The notes: generated from the letters alone by a model not told the origin. DNA of 64,000 bases from a bacterium (GCA_963693055.1 OY843751.1:5664001-5728000), one strand, 5' to 3'; numbered from the stretch's first letter, positions 49,418-59,842 are shown. Program-made: numbers and translations.

Positions 49418-51021
49418 GCCGTTTCTCCCGCATTGTCGTTTCCGGATTTCGCTTCTTGTGCGGCTGTCATTTCCGCCATCACTTCTATATAATGCGCTTC
49501 CATCTCCATCACCACATCCGGCTTAATCTTTGCCAGATCTGCCAGTTCAGTAGGATCCTTTAATATATTGTACAGCTCCCAATCGCCATTGTTGACCCGC
49601 ACAATCTTCCACTCGCCTTTGCGGAACATGCGGAACCGCTCAGAGTGTCCCGAGATAAAATATTCCGGTTCTTCACGTTGTTTTCCTCTGAAAATGGGCA
49701 TAAGCGAATGGCCATGCAGCGGCGCTGTGGGTTTTTCGTTAAAGCTCTGCGGATATTCGAGTCCCACGGCTTCCAGAAACGTGGGGAACAGATCCACAAC
49801 ATGCGCGGGTTGGTGGGTGATCTGACCTTTTTTGATAAATTGGGGCCAATGTGCTATAAAATGGGTGTTGCAACCGCCCTCGTGACCGTATTGCTTGTAG
49901 AACCTGAACGGTGTATTGCCTACGTTGGCCCATGCGGGACGCAAACAGCGGTACGATTCTGGCGGTCCCGGTGGGATGTTGAAATCCTCATTGCTGTCAT
50001 AGGGACACGATCCGTTATCGGTAAAAAAGACGATCAGGGTATTGTCCAGCTCACCCGCGTCCTCTAATTTCTTGATGAGCAGGCCAATGTTCTGGTCCAT
50101 GCGGTCAATCATGGCAGCAAACACGGCCATCTCTAAATCGTAATCGTCTTTTTCCTGCTCGGTCAGCGACTCCCAGGGACGATAAAGCGGAAATTTGGCG
50201 CGTTCTTCTTCAAAGCCTTCCGGATGACCGCGGAATTTATTGATATTGTCCTCGGGTGGAGAGAGACGTGTATCCTCTGCAATCACACCCAGCTTTTTCA
50301 TACGCTCGAACCGTTCCTGCCGCACCGCATCCCAACCTTTGCGATACTTGCCGCGGTATTTGGCAATATCCTCCGGACGTGCCTGCAGGGGATAATGACC
50401 CACATGGTAGGGCATGCAGAGCAGAAACGGCTGGTTGTTCTGTAGAGGTTCGTCCAGCCATTCTAATGCCAGATCAGTAAACTCGTCGGTTTTGTAGAAC
50501 GGTTTGCGGTGCACCGGTAGTTCAGAAGCATCCAGCGTCTTGCCGTTCATGATAAATGGACGTTTAAACTCGCCCGAAGGTGGAATAAAATACTCGGTAG
50601 ACGCCCAAAAGGTAAAGGATTTATCAAAAATTTTGTGCGCGTAACAATGCTGCGGTACCCACTTGTCGAAATGCTCTTTTCCGCTGTACAGGGTGGCGTA
50701 TCCCGCCTGCTTGATGAGCTGGGCAAAATTGATGGAATAGTCGTTGCCGAAATACTGTCCCGTGTACAGGCTCGAGCGGGTGGGATTGCATTTGGCCATA
50801 TTGTAAAAATGCCCAAAGCGGATACCGTTGTTTGCCAGACGGTCCAGATTGGGGGTATCGATCTCTGCGCCGTAACAACCAATATCTGAAAAGCCAATGT
50901 CATCTGCCATCAACAACACAATGTTGGGTTGTTTGGGGATGCGTGAGCACGCCAACGGTGACAGGGACAGCGCCCCTATCCCCGCGCCAATACGTTTGAT
51001 AAACGCTCTGCGGGACTGCAT
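49414..51021 (-). CDS. Tat-exported formylglycine-dependent arylsulfatase
   Basis: SRRAF twin-arginine signal, PNIVLLMADDIG, CNPTR (CxPxR), SGKEH and TDNG. Confidence 0.92.
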   Translation of the reverse strand: MQSRRAFIKRIGAGIGALSLSPLACSRIPKQPNIVLLMADDIGFSDIGCYGAEIDTPNLDRLANNGIRFGHFYNMAKCNPTRSSLYTGQYFGNDYSINFAQLIKQAGYATLYSGKEHFDKWVPQHCYAHKIFDKSFTFWASTEYFIPPSGEFKRPFIMNGKTLDASELPVHRKPFYKTDEFTDLALEWLDEPLQNNQPFLLCMPYHVGHYPLQARPEDIAKYRGKYRKGWDAVRQERFERMKKLGVIAEDTRLSPPEDNINKFRGHPEGFEEERAKFPLYRPWESLTEQEKDDYDLEMAVFAAMIDRMDQNIGLLIKKLEDAGELDNTLIVFFTDNGSCPYDSNEDFNIPPGPPESYRCLRPAWANVGNTPFRFYKQYGHEGGCNTHFIAHWPQFIKKGQITHQPAHVVDLFPTFLEAVGLEYPQSFNEKPTAPLHGHSLMPIFRGKQREEPEYFISGHSERFRMFRKGEWKIVRVNNGDWELYNILKDPTELADLAKIKPDVVMEMEAHYIEVMAEMTAAQEAKSGNDNAGETA

Positions 51022-51482
51022 ATTAAACCTCCGGTTGGTTTATCAAAAAGATACTGGATATTGGGGAAATGGGCAAGGAAAAGATTTTTTGGCAAAAGGA
51101 GTTAAAGAGTCATTCACAAGATCGTGACGGGGTTTAGCAAGGGGATCTCTGCCACGGGATCAATTATTAACCACAGATGAATCCGCCAGAGGGCGAACAC
51201 GTGCTGACAAACGCAGATGTAGAATGTTGCTTGCCATATCTCAATAAGATAATGAACCTCGGAGCATCATAGCTACTAAAAGAAACCACGTGCGCTGAAA
51301 AACGGTTGGCTCTATTCTTTTTTATTGTGGACATAATTTTTATTTTATATCGTATCGTTGCTCATCAAAAAAAATAAACTTTCAATCAAAATATTTTTAA
51401 AAAAACATTTTAAAAATTATAAATTATGCCTATTATGAAGAGGTAGTAATTATAAAAAATCGGACTTTTAAAACAATTCTTT

Positions 51483-52145
51483 TTGCGAGGATATTTGAAT
51501 CATACTGTACCTAAAAACATAAAAATTTATCATATCCTTCATATTGATAAATTATCTTCAGTCATTAAAGATAATGCTCTTTATAGTGATTCAAAATTAT
51601 TAAAGATAAATCCAGCAGGTACTACTATTGGAATGCCCAAAATAAAAAAAAGACGCTTAGAAGAATTAACTCTTTCAAGTTATCCCGATCTTCATGTTGG
51701 TGATTGTGTTCCGTTTTATTTTTGTCCTCGTTCTGTGATGCTTTATTTATTCCATATGAACAATCATCAGGAAATTGATTACCATGGTGGTCAAGAACCA
51801 ATTATACATCTTGAAGCTGATTTTTATAAAGTAATTAACTGGGCGAATAGTTGTGGTAGAAGGTGGGTTTTTACTCTATCAAATGCTGGTTCATATTATT
51901 TCGAAGATCGAACTGATCTAAACGATTTAAATCAAATAAATTGGTCTGCCGTCAATGCAAAACAATGGCGAAACTGTAGAGAAGAAAAACAAGCCGAATT
52001 CTTATTAGAAGAGGAATTTCCTCTGAATCTTATCGAAAGAATTGGAGTTTACTCAAACAGGTATTTACTTGAAGTAAAAAGAAATTTCGCGTCTTTAAGC
52101 TTTCTACCTAAAGTAGAAATCAAAAAAGATGAATGGTATTATTAA
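51483..52145 (+). CDS. darT: DarT DNA ADP-ribosyltransferase toxin (DUF4433)
   Basis: YHILH, IKKRR, VPFYFCPRSVMLY, FTLSNAG and KQAEFL (catalytic Glu); directly upstream of a macrodomain gene. Confidence 0.92.
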   Translation: MRGYLNHTVPKNIKIYHILHIDKLSSVIKDNALYSDSKLLKINPAGTTIGMPKIKKRRLEELTLSSYPDLHVGDCVPFYFCPRSVMLYLFHMNNHQEIDYHGGQEPIIHLEADFYKVINWANSCGRRWVFTLSNAGSYYFEDRTDLNDLNQINWSAVNAKQWRNCREEKQAEFLLEEEFPLNLIERIGVYSNRYLLEVKRNFASLSFLPKVEIKKDEWYY

Positions 52146-52157
52146 GGGAAATATTAT

Positions 52158-53189
52158 ATGATAAAATTTATTACTGGTGATATTTTTAAAGTAGAAGCGG
52201 AAGCTATTGTTAATACAGTTAATTGTGTCGGTATTATGGGACGAGGACTGGCACTCCAATTTAAAATTAGGTACCCAGAAAATTATAATGAATATTATGA
52301 TGCCTGTAAAAAAAACAAAGTTCAACCTGGAAAAATGTTTCTTCATGAAACTGGAAAACTTGTCTATCCTAAATACATAATAAACTTTCCAACTAAAAGA
52401 CATTGGAGAGGTAAAAGTAGAATTCAAGATATCGAAGAAGGATTAAAAGATCTTATTAAGATAATTCAGAAAAAGAAAATTACGTCCATAGCGATACCCC
52501 CCTTAGGTAGTGGTCTGGGTGGTCTTGATTGGTCTGAAGTGAAAACAGTTATAAATAAACAATTAGAATGTTTAAAAGAAATCGAGATCATGGTATTTGA
52601 GCCACATAATCCAGATACAATAGAAAAAAAAGTGAAAAACAAAGATATTCCCAATATGACTCCTGGGCGGGCCGCACTTATTGAATTGATTCACCGTTAT
52701 CTTGGCGGATTACTCGATCCTTTCGTAACATTATTAGAAATACATAAATTAATGTATTTTTTGCAAGAATCTGGTGAAGATCTTAAACTCAATTACAAAG
52801 CAGGTCCCTATGGCCCCTACGCAGAGAATCTTCGTCATGTACTCCAAAGAATAGAAGGGCATTATATATCGGGATATGAAGATGGAGGAGATAATCCAGC
52901 TAAAAGATTATCACTTGTTCCTGGTGCGTATAATGAAGCATCGGAATTTTTAAAAAACCACAATGAAACTAAAAATCGATTTGATAGAGTATCTGAACTT
53001 GTTGATGGATTTGAATCCTCATATGGTTTAGAATTATTATCGACAGTCCACTGGGTAAAAAAAACGAATTCATTAAATACTTTAGATAGTATTATAAAAA
53101 AAACATATATGTGGAATGAACGTAAAAAACAATTCACTCCACGCCAAATTGAGTTAGCACTAAATATTCTTAAACAGAAAAAATGGTGA
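52158..53189 (+). CDS. darG: DarG macrodomain antitoxin
   Basis: GDIF, AIVNTVNCVGIMGRGLALQFK, NFPTKRHW, PPLGSGLGGL, and DarG C-terminal KLMYFLQ...YGPYA...GLELLSTVHW. Confidence 0.93.
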   Translation: MIKFITGDIFKVEAEAIVNTVNCVGIMGRGLALQFKIRYPENYNEYYDACKKNKVQPGKMFLHETGKLVYPKYIINFPTKRHWRGKSRIQDIEEGLKDLIKIIQKKKITSIAIPPLGSGLGGLDWSEVKTVINKQLECLKEIEIMVFEPHNPDTIEKKVKNKDIPNMTPGRAALIELIHRYLGGLLDPFVTLLEIHKLMYFLQESGEDLKLNYKAGPYGPYAENLRHVLQRIEGHYISGYEDGGDNPAKRLSLVPGAYNEASEFLKNHNETKNRFDRVSELVDGFESSYGLELLSTVHWVKKTNSLNTLDSIIKKTYMWNERKKQFTPRQIELALNILKQKKW

Positions 53190-53271
53190 ATCTTTTTCTT
53201 AATCCTTCGACACTATCCGCAACAGAACCCTCTATACTTATCTCCATCTCGATCATGTATAGTAAGCTGTT

Positions 53272-53541
53272 GCTCTGCGTTTCATTTTTTGGGTTCTAAG
53301 GCAGAGTCACTGGAACCAGAAACGCAAAATCTTTACTCATCTCTCCGTGCCCGTAGTTCATCCGCACACTTGCTGACGCCTCAGTATAAGGATTGAACAA
53401 GCCACAAAGCTCACAAAAAAACATTCATACGTGACGGAGAGTGCTACGCTTATCTCCGTCACGATCAGTGAGTATAGATTCTTCTCTGGGTCCTCTGCTC
53501 CTCTGCGTTTTATCTTTTAGGTTCCAGGGCAGAGCCACTGG
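53272..53541. repeat. Cluster of degenerate REP-like palindromes
   Basis: GGTTCyAnGGCAGAGyCACTGG(AACC) at about 53292 and 53520, with a partial copy at about 54826. CGTGACGGAGA...TCTCCGTCACG hairpin at 53430-53463. Confidence 0.55.
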
Positions 53542-53569
53542 CCCTTGTGGTGTAATAAATCATACACGA

Positions 53570-54553
53570 TCAGGGACCATAAACAAGAACAACCCCGCTG
53601 TTTGTGATTGCCCAGCCTTTTGATTCATTCAGGAAATACATATCCGTAATATAACCCATATCTTCATTTTCAAACTGAACATTCCACGAGTTTCCGCCAT
53701 CTGATGTATGATAAATTTTAGTTACCTGGGTTAACCATCCTTTTTCAGCATTTACAAATTGAATAATACCTAAAGACAATCCAGGCAGCGCTGCCTGACG
53801 TTGCCATGTTGCCCCTCCATCAATAGTTTTATATACTGAAGCACTGTCATGAATGGTCGAACTAGGTCCCCAATCTTCTGTCATCCATCCAAAATTGTCA
53901 TCCAAAAAGTATATACTCATAGACCATGCAGTTGGGGTCTGGCATTGATTCCAGGTATTGCCGCCATCAATTGTTTTCATCAATTTAACACCAAGTGCAT
54001 CTCTTGCAAATCCAACAGAACTATTGGGGAAGAACAAATACGAGAAACCCCATGAATCGAGTTGACTCTTTAATGTCCAATCTTTTCCCATATTTGTTGA
54101 ATTAAATATTTCTCCGTAATTTGAGACAAACCACACATTATTATCCTTATCAGAACAGATGCTACTGAATATTGTTGAACAATCGCTTTTGATATCAACA
54201 GCATTCCAATTCTTACCGCCATCATGAGTGTAAAGCAAGGTATTATCATATCCCGCAGCAAATCCTTTTTGATTGTCAATAAAATAGATGGAAACCAGTT
54301 TAGCTGTGGTACCGCTGTTTTGTCTTTGCCAAGTCGTGCCGCCATTGTTCGAATAAAAGATATCTCCACTATTGCCGACGATCCAGCCATTATCAGGGTC
54401 GACAAAATAAATATCCCGTATTCCGGAATTTACCGTTGATGCACCCTTCCAACTCTCATTTCCTGGTTCAGGCAACAGTGGATTTTTGGATGTTTCACAG
54501 CTCAAAATACAAAGTGTTATCAATAGCGGAACTAGAAATTTTGCTGTTTTCAT
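53570..54553 (-). CDS. YCF48/BNR-repeat beta-propeller lipoprotein
   Basis: Lipobox ILS-C; repeated IYFxDxxxGW...(S/T)xDGGxxW units. Confidence 0.85.
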   Translation of the reverse strand: MKTAKFLVPLLITLCILSCETSKNPLLPEPGNESWKGASTVNSGIRDIYFVDPDNGWIVGNSGDIFYSNNGGTTWQRQNSGTTAKLVSIYFIDNQKGFAAGYDNTLLYTHDGGKNWNAVDIKSDCSTIFSSICSDKDNNVWFVSNYGEIFNSTNMGKDWTLKSQLDSWGFSYLFFPNSSVGFARDALGVKLMKTIDGGNTWNQCQTPTAWSMSIYFLDDNFGWMTEDWGPSSTIHDSASVYKTIDGGATWQRQAALPGLSLGIIQFVNAEKGWLTQVTKIYHTSDGGNSWNVQFENEDMGYITDMYFLNESKGWAITNSGVVLVYGP

Positions 54554-54977
54554 TATACATTCTCCCCATATTTTGTTGTAGGCTACAAACATTTTTAGAC
54601 TGCACATATTTTATAAAAAATCAATGCATCATCAGAATATAGTATTTGAAAATCATTCCGCCCTGAAATCCCCAGATCAGTGTCGCATATATCTATAGAT
54701 ATAAAATCCCGGCAATAAATACAAGACTTTTTTTATTTAATATCAATATAATGTGACGGAGTTTAGTGGGGCAGTCTCAATTACAGGATAATCAGATCGA
54801 TAATGAAAAACACAATAATAATAACCGCAGAGGCACTGGAACCAGAAATTAGGTGTATTTGGAGTGCGGCGCCTTTATGCGCCGCGTAGGGCCGTTGGTC
54901 CGATATAAATTGGGCCTTAAGATCAAATGTTAAATATTTATGAAAGCATCTTTTGTTCAAAATTTTTATTATAATAT

Positions 54978-56309
54978 CACTACTGTCCCAACGTTAGGGG
55001 AAAGTAGTGATTGTATTTAATTGTTAATTATATCTTTACGCTATCATTTTTAACGGGAACGATTTGAATTAAATTATTACATTTCACCATTCTATCACAA
55101 CAAAACAATGGCGGAGGAATGGCGAAATGCACGAAGGGAAAACTGTTTTTTCTCAAATAATGGAATTCCTGCCTTTAAAGGCATTCCATCGTTGCGTCCA
55201 CAAATACAGAGGAGAGTATAAAGTTAAATCCTTCTCGTGTCTTGATCAATTTTATTGCATGGCTTTTGCCCAACTCACTTTCCGAGATAGTTTGAGAGAT
55301 ATAGAAGCTTGTTTAAGATCACAACGAAAACTACTTTACCACATGGGTTTTCGCAGCATAGTTGCTCGAAATACTTTGGCTAATGCAAATGAACATCGAG
55401 ACTGGCGCATCTATGCTGAATTTGCTCAAATACTTATTAATCAGGCCCGCAAGTTATATCGTGATGAAAAATTCGGCCTTGAATTAAAAGAAATGGTTTA
55501 CGCATTAGATTCAACAACAATTGACTTGTGCCTTTCTTTATTTCCATGGGCCAGATTTAGAAAATCAAAAGGTGCTATAAAAGTGCATACTCAAATGGAC
55601 CTTCGTGGTAACATACCAACTTTTATAGAGATAACTGAAGGGAAAATCCACGATGTTAACATTCTTGATATGTTGATTCCTGAGCCTGGCGCCATATATT
55701 TGCTAGACAAGGGTTACATAGATTTTGAGCGTCTGTATAGATTCCATCAAGCTGGAGCCTTTTTTGTCATTCCGGCAAAGTCGAACCTTAAAGCTAAAAG
55801 GGTCTATTCACATCCGGTTAATAAAAGTACAGGTCTTCGATGTGATCAAACAGTTTCTTTAGTGAATTACTATGCATCACGAGATTATCCTGAAAGACTC
55901 AGACGCGTTAAAATATACATAACTGATCAAAAACGAACGCTCGTTTTGTTGACAAATATTTTTAACTTGCCGGCATTAACTATTCCTGAACTATATAGAT
56001 GCCGCTGGCAAATTGAATTGTTTTTTAAATGGATAAAACAAAACCTAAAAATTAAGTCCTTTTATGGCACTTCAGTCAATGCCGTTAAATCGCAAATATG
56101 GATTGCAATATGTATATACGTGCTTATAGCGATAATAAAGAAACGTTTGAATATTGCGATTCCGCTCTACACTTTTTTGCAAATATTAAGCGTTAATATG
56201 TTTCAAAGAACTCCTATTTTACAGTTACTTAGCAACAATGATAATCTTACTCATGGCTTACAAAATGATAACCAATTGAATTTATTCAACTAATATTGGG
56301 ACAGTAGTG
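54978..56309 (+). mobile_element. IS4-family insertion sequence
   Basis: Terminal inverted repeats CACTACTGTCCCAAcgTTA and TAAtaTTGGGACAGTAGTG (17/19 match). 9-bp target duplication TTATAATAT at 54969-54977 and 56310-56318. Confidence 0.93.
55127..56293 (+). CDS. IS4-family DDE transposase (DUF4372 N-terminus)
   Basis: LDSTTI, DKGY and YRCRWQIELFFKWIKQ (YREK motif); stop codon lies within the right inverted repeat. Confidence 0.95.
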   Translation: MHEGKTVFSQIMEFLPLKAFHRCVHKYRGEYKVKSFSCLDQFYCMAFAQLTFRDSLRDIEACLRSQRKLLYHMGFRSIVARNTLANANEHRDWRIYAEFAQILINQARKLYRDEKFGLELKEMVYALDSTTIDLCLSLFPWARFRKSKGAIKVHTQMDLRGNIPTFIEITEGKIHDVNILDMLIPEPGAIYLLDKGYIDFERLYRFHQAGAFFVIPAKSNLKAKRVYSHPVNKSTGLRCDQTVSLVNYYASRDYPERLRRVKIYITDQKRTLVLLTNIFNLPALTIPELYRCRWQIELFFKWIKQNLKIKSFYGTSVNAVKSQIWIAICIYVLIAIIKKRLNIAIPLYTFLQILSVNMFQRTPILQLLSNNDNLTHGLQNDNQLNLFN

Positions 56310-56571
56310 TTATAATATAATTGTTATGAGGCCGTCTCCGACGGCCCGCTGTACATAAAGGTACAGCACTCCACGTCTTTTTTTACTTTTCTCTGGAATT
56401 ATTCTGTTTTAATTTATTTTTACACAACCTGATAATTTGGGCAAGAAGTTACGTGACGGAAACCGCTGTGCTCTTTGTGTCTCTGTGGTGATTTATTTGA
56501 GCCGCTTGTTGAAATTAAACCTATAAATCCCTATATTTTCGCATTCAACAACACCCTTGAAGGATATGAAC

Positions 56572-57192
56572 ATGAAAGAACTGTACGACGGCATTATCAA
56601 ATTCAATCAAACCGATTTCCTGGAGCACAAGGACCTGTTTGCCAGTATCGGCAAACAGCAGACTCCGCACACGCTGTTTATCAGTTGCTCGGATTCCCGT
56701 ATAGTTCCCACCTTGATCACCAAAACGCTGCCCGGTGATTTGTTCATCATTCGCAATATTGCCAACATGGTTCCCCATTACCGCCTGTCTAACGAGTTCC
56801 TATCCACCACTTCAGCAATCGAATATGCCGTGCAGGTACTGGACGTGAAAAACATTGTGGTTTGCGGACATTCAAACTGCGGCGGTTGCAAAGCCCTCTA
56901 TGCGGAAAAGGCATTCATGAAAAAGCTACCCCATACCCAAAGATGGCTGGAACTTGCACAAAAGGTCAAAACCAAAATTGAAACAGAGAATATTACTGAT
57001 CCAGCAGAGCGCGAGTGGAAAACAGAACAATTGAACGTTGTTGAACAATTGAACCACCTGTTGACCTATCCCTATATTGAAGAACGGGTAGAGAACAATA
57101 CATTGAGTATTCTGGGTTGGTATTATATTATAGAAACCGGAGAAGTCTTTAATTATGATCTGGAGAAAAAAGAGTTTATTCTGGTAGAGTAA
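56572..57192 (+). CDS. Beta-class carbonic anhydrase
   Basis: CSDSR, RNIAN and CGHSNCGG zinc ligands. Confidence 0.93.
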   Translation: MKELYDGIIKFNQTDFLEHKDLFASIGKQQTPHTLFISCSDSRIVPTLITKTLPGDLFIIRNIANMVPHYRLSNEFLSTTSAIEYAVQVLDVKNIVVCGHSNCGGCKALYAEKAFMKKLPHTQRWLELAQKVKTKIETENITDPAEREWKTEQLNVVEQLNHLLTYPYIEERVENNTLSILGWYYIIETGEVFNYDLEKKEFILVE

Positions 57193-57237
57193 CAAGCTAT
57201 TCGGGAAAGAAAGCACCGCGCTCAACAATTACGATCA

Positions 57238-57301
57238 AAAAACCGGCCCGGTTTCCCGATCCGTCACTTGACAGATCGGGATGTATCAAAAGACCGGTTT
57301 T
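57238..57301. terminator. Nested hairpin between convergent genes
   Basis: AAAACCGG...CCGGTTTT enclosing TCCCGATCcGTCA/TGACaGATCGGGA. Confidence 0.5.
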
Positions 57302-57316
57302 CATAAATTCTACAAT

Positions 57317-59842
57317 CTATCCTGTAGTCAAAGACGGTGGGACCGATTCTGGTGCACTGCCCCACCCGGTATTGGGCTGGGGACCCATATTAAATATGAG
57401 CGTACCGCCATTGACAATTTCCTCATGTGAGATCCAGTTTTTGGTAAAGGGTTTGCCATTCAGCGTTGCCGACTGGATATAGATATTCTCTGCAGATACA
57501 TTGTCTGCCTTGACGGTAAAAGTTTTATTGTCAAAATATTCACCCAGATTCAGGGTTGCTTCCTCAAACAGGGGTGTACCAATCACAAATACATTTTGCC
57601 CCGGTGCTACGGGATAAAATCCCAACGCACTGAAAATGTACCATGCGGACATTTGGCCCATATCATCGTTGCCGCACAAGCCATCCGGACCGGTGCCGTA
57701 CATTTTATTGCGCACCTCGTTTACCCATTTCTGGGTTTTCCACGGTTGCCCAACATAATTGAACAAATACGCTACATGGTGGACCGGCTCATTGCCGTGA
57801 ACATACTGACCAATCTTGCTGCGGAGCGGTGCGTATTGCCGTTCTCCTGATTCTTTGGGAGACATGACAAAAAGACTGTCGAGTTTTTCTATAAAGGCAT
57901 CTTTGCCGCCCATAAGCTGGCTCAGGCCATAAATATCGTGCGGCACATACCACAGGTACTGCCACGCGCTCGATTCGGTAAAATGACGATTGGGACTCAC
58001 CCCCACCCACAAGGGATCAAAACAGCTGTAATAGGGGTGCACATCGGTAGTGACAATGTGGGGCAATTCATTATTACACATGCCCAGCCACGAGCCGTCA
58101 ATCATACGGGGACGCATAAATCCGGTTTGCATATCATACAGGTTGCGGTAATACAAAGAACGATTGCTGAAATAGACAGCGTCATCTTCTTTACCAAGGG
58201 CTTTGGCAATCTCTGCCATACACCAGTCGTCATAAGCATCTTCAAGTGTTACGGATACAGACTCGCGCACCTTGTCCGCGGGAATGTATTTCATCTTTAT
58301 ATAATAATCCAGCCCATAGCGGCTCCAGGGACGTTCTCCCGGCTCCATGGCATTTTTACGCATGGCTTCGTATGCCTTTTCCACATCATAATCGCGCAAA
58401 CCTTTCATGTACGAATCCACAATAACAGAAGTTGCGTGATCGCCAATCATAACCGCCTGGTAATGGTTCTTGTAGCTCACATGAAGGGGCAGTCTTCCGC
58501 CCTGATCGTACATGGTCAGAAACGTTCTGATCATCTCGTTCTGTCGTTCAGGCTCTAAATACGCCAACAGGGGATGGTGCGCCCGGTAGGTGTCCCAAAG
58601 GGAGAAATCCACATAATAGCGAGCATCGGGACTGCCGTGCACTGCGTCATCAAAGTGGCTGTAATATTTGCCGTCAACATCAGAAAATACACGGGGAAAC
58701 ATGTGCGCGTGATACATGGACGAATAGAATATAATCTTCTGGTCTTCCGTAGCACCCTTGATGGCGATTTTGTCCAGCTTTTTGTTCCATTTGTCTCTGG
58801 CTGCCTGATGCACTTGTTCAAAATCCCAGTGCGGCAGCTCTGCCTCCATATTCTTTTTAGCACCATCTATGCTGACAAAAGAGATTCCCACTTTGATCAA
58901 AACCTGCTCACCTTGAGTTGTGGTAAAATTCAAAACAGCTCCTACGCCGTCTCTACCTGAGATCTCTTTTTGTCCATCATATACCGTTTCACCATTCCAG
59001 GTACTCACAGAAGAGAATGGTTTGCTGAATTCCGCGTAATAATAACAGGTAAGTGGCAAATTATAAGAGCCTTCCATATCACCTGTTACATATCCCTCAA
59101 TCTGGTGATCGCTCAGGATTTTTACATGTGCGTCACGGTCCGGGGTAAGCGAGTGCGTCACATCCATAATGATATGCGCATTGTCAGATTCCGGAAATGT
59201 ATAGCGATGAAGCCCCACACGCTCGGTCACGGTCATCTCGGCTTTAATGCCGTAATCTTGCAGGTTTACTGCATAGTAACCGGGACTTGTTACTTCTTCA
59301 TCATGGCTGTATGCAGATTCATATCCGTGAAAGGTCTCTTCCGAGTAATAGCCATCTTCATCCATATTGTATTCGTCCAGAATTATCAACTTTTCTTCAT
59401 TGACGATTGCGCGCTGTTTCTTCTCCCTTTCTTTTGCGGATAATCGCTGTAACCGTTTCTCTGCTCGTTTTGCGGCTTCGGCATTTAGCTCTTTTTGAAC
59501 GCCCGGCATAATTTCTACATCACCAACTGTGGGCATGATCAACACGTTATTATAGTGCGTTTTGGTATAAGGCCCCGTTCCGCTCAAATGGGTATGACTG
59601 AAACCCAAAATAGACTTTCCGGCATAACTATAAGCTTTGACTCCCTGGTATCCGTTATCAGGACTTAGTTGCACCATACCAAATGGCAAACATGCCCCGG
59701 GAAACGTGTGACCGGCAGCATCTGTTCCAATCATGGGATTCACATAATCCACGGATTGCTTGCCGCCACTTGAACAATTTACAAAAACATTCATCAGCAA
59801 AAACATCAATACAACGGGGAGCAGTTTTAGCAATTTTGACAT
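57317..59842 (-). CDS. GH92 alpha-1,2-mannosidase (lipoprotein)
   Basis: GHTFPGACLPFGMVQLSPD, GFSHTHLSGTG, SLWDTYR, GNEP and GNDDMGQMSAW. Confidence 0.93.
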   Translation of the reverse strand: MSKLLKLLPVVLMFLLMNVFVNCSSGGKQSVDYVNPMIGTDAAGHTFPGACLPFGMVQLSPDNGYQGVKAYSYAGKSILGFSHTHLSGTGPYTKTHYNNVLIMPTVGDVEIMPGVQKELNAEAAKRAEKRLQRLSAKEREKKQRAIVNEEKLIILDEYNMDEDGYYSEETFHGYESAYSHDEEVTSPGYYAVNLQDYGIKAEMTVTERVGLHRYTFPESDNAHIIMDVTHSLTPDRDAHVKILSDHQIEGYVTGDMEGSYNLPLTCYYYAEFSKPFSSVSTWNGETVYDGQKEISGRDGVGAVLNFTTTQGEQVLIKVGISFVSIDGAKKNMEAELPHWDFEQVHQAARDKWNKKLDKIAIKGATEDQKIIFYSSMYHAHMFPRVFSDVDGKYYSHFDDAVHGSPDARYYVDFSLWDTYRAHHPLLAYLEPERQNEMIRTFLTMYDQGGRLPLHVSYKNHYQAVMIGDHATSVIVDSYMKGLRDYDVEKAYEAMRKNAMEPGERPWSRYGLDYYIKMKYIPADKVRESVSVTLEDAYDDWCMAEIAKALGKEDDAVYFSNRSLYYRNLYDMQTGFMRPRMIDGSWLGMCNNELPHIVTTDVHPYYSCFDPLWVGVSPNRHFTESSAWQYLWYVPHDIYGLSQLMGGKDAFIEKLDSLFVMSPKESGERQYAPLRSKIGQYVHGNEPVHHVAYLFNYVGQPWKTQKWVNEVRNKMYGTGPDGLCGNDDMGQMSAWYIFSALGFYPVAPGQNVFVIGTPLFEEATLNLGEYFDNKTFTVKADNVSAENIYIQSATLNGKPFTKNWISHEEIVNGGTLIFNMGPQPNTGWGSAPESVPPSLTTG

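Larger units (their letters stand above)
54860..56373 (+). repeat. 173-bp REPIN-like structured repeat, copy 2, interrupted by IS4
   Basis: TGGAGTGC...GCACTCCA ends. Subtracting the IS (1332 bp) and one 9-bp target copy gives 173 bp, equal to copy 1. Confidence 0.75.
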
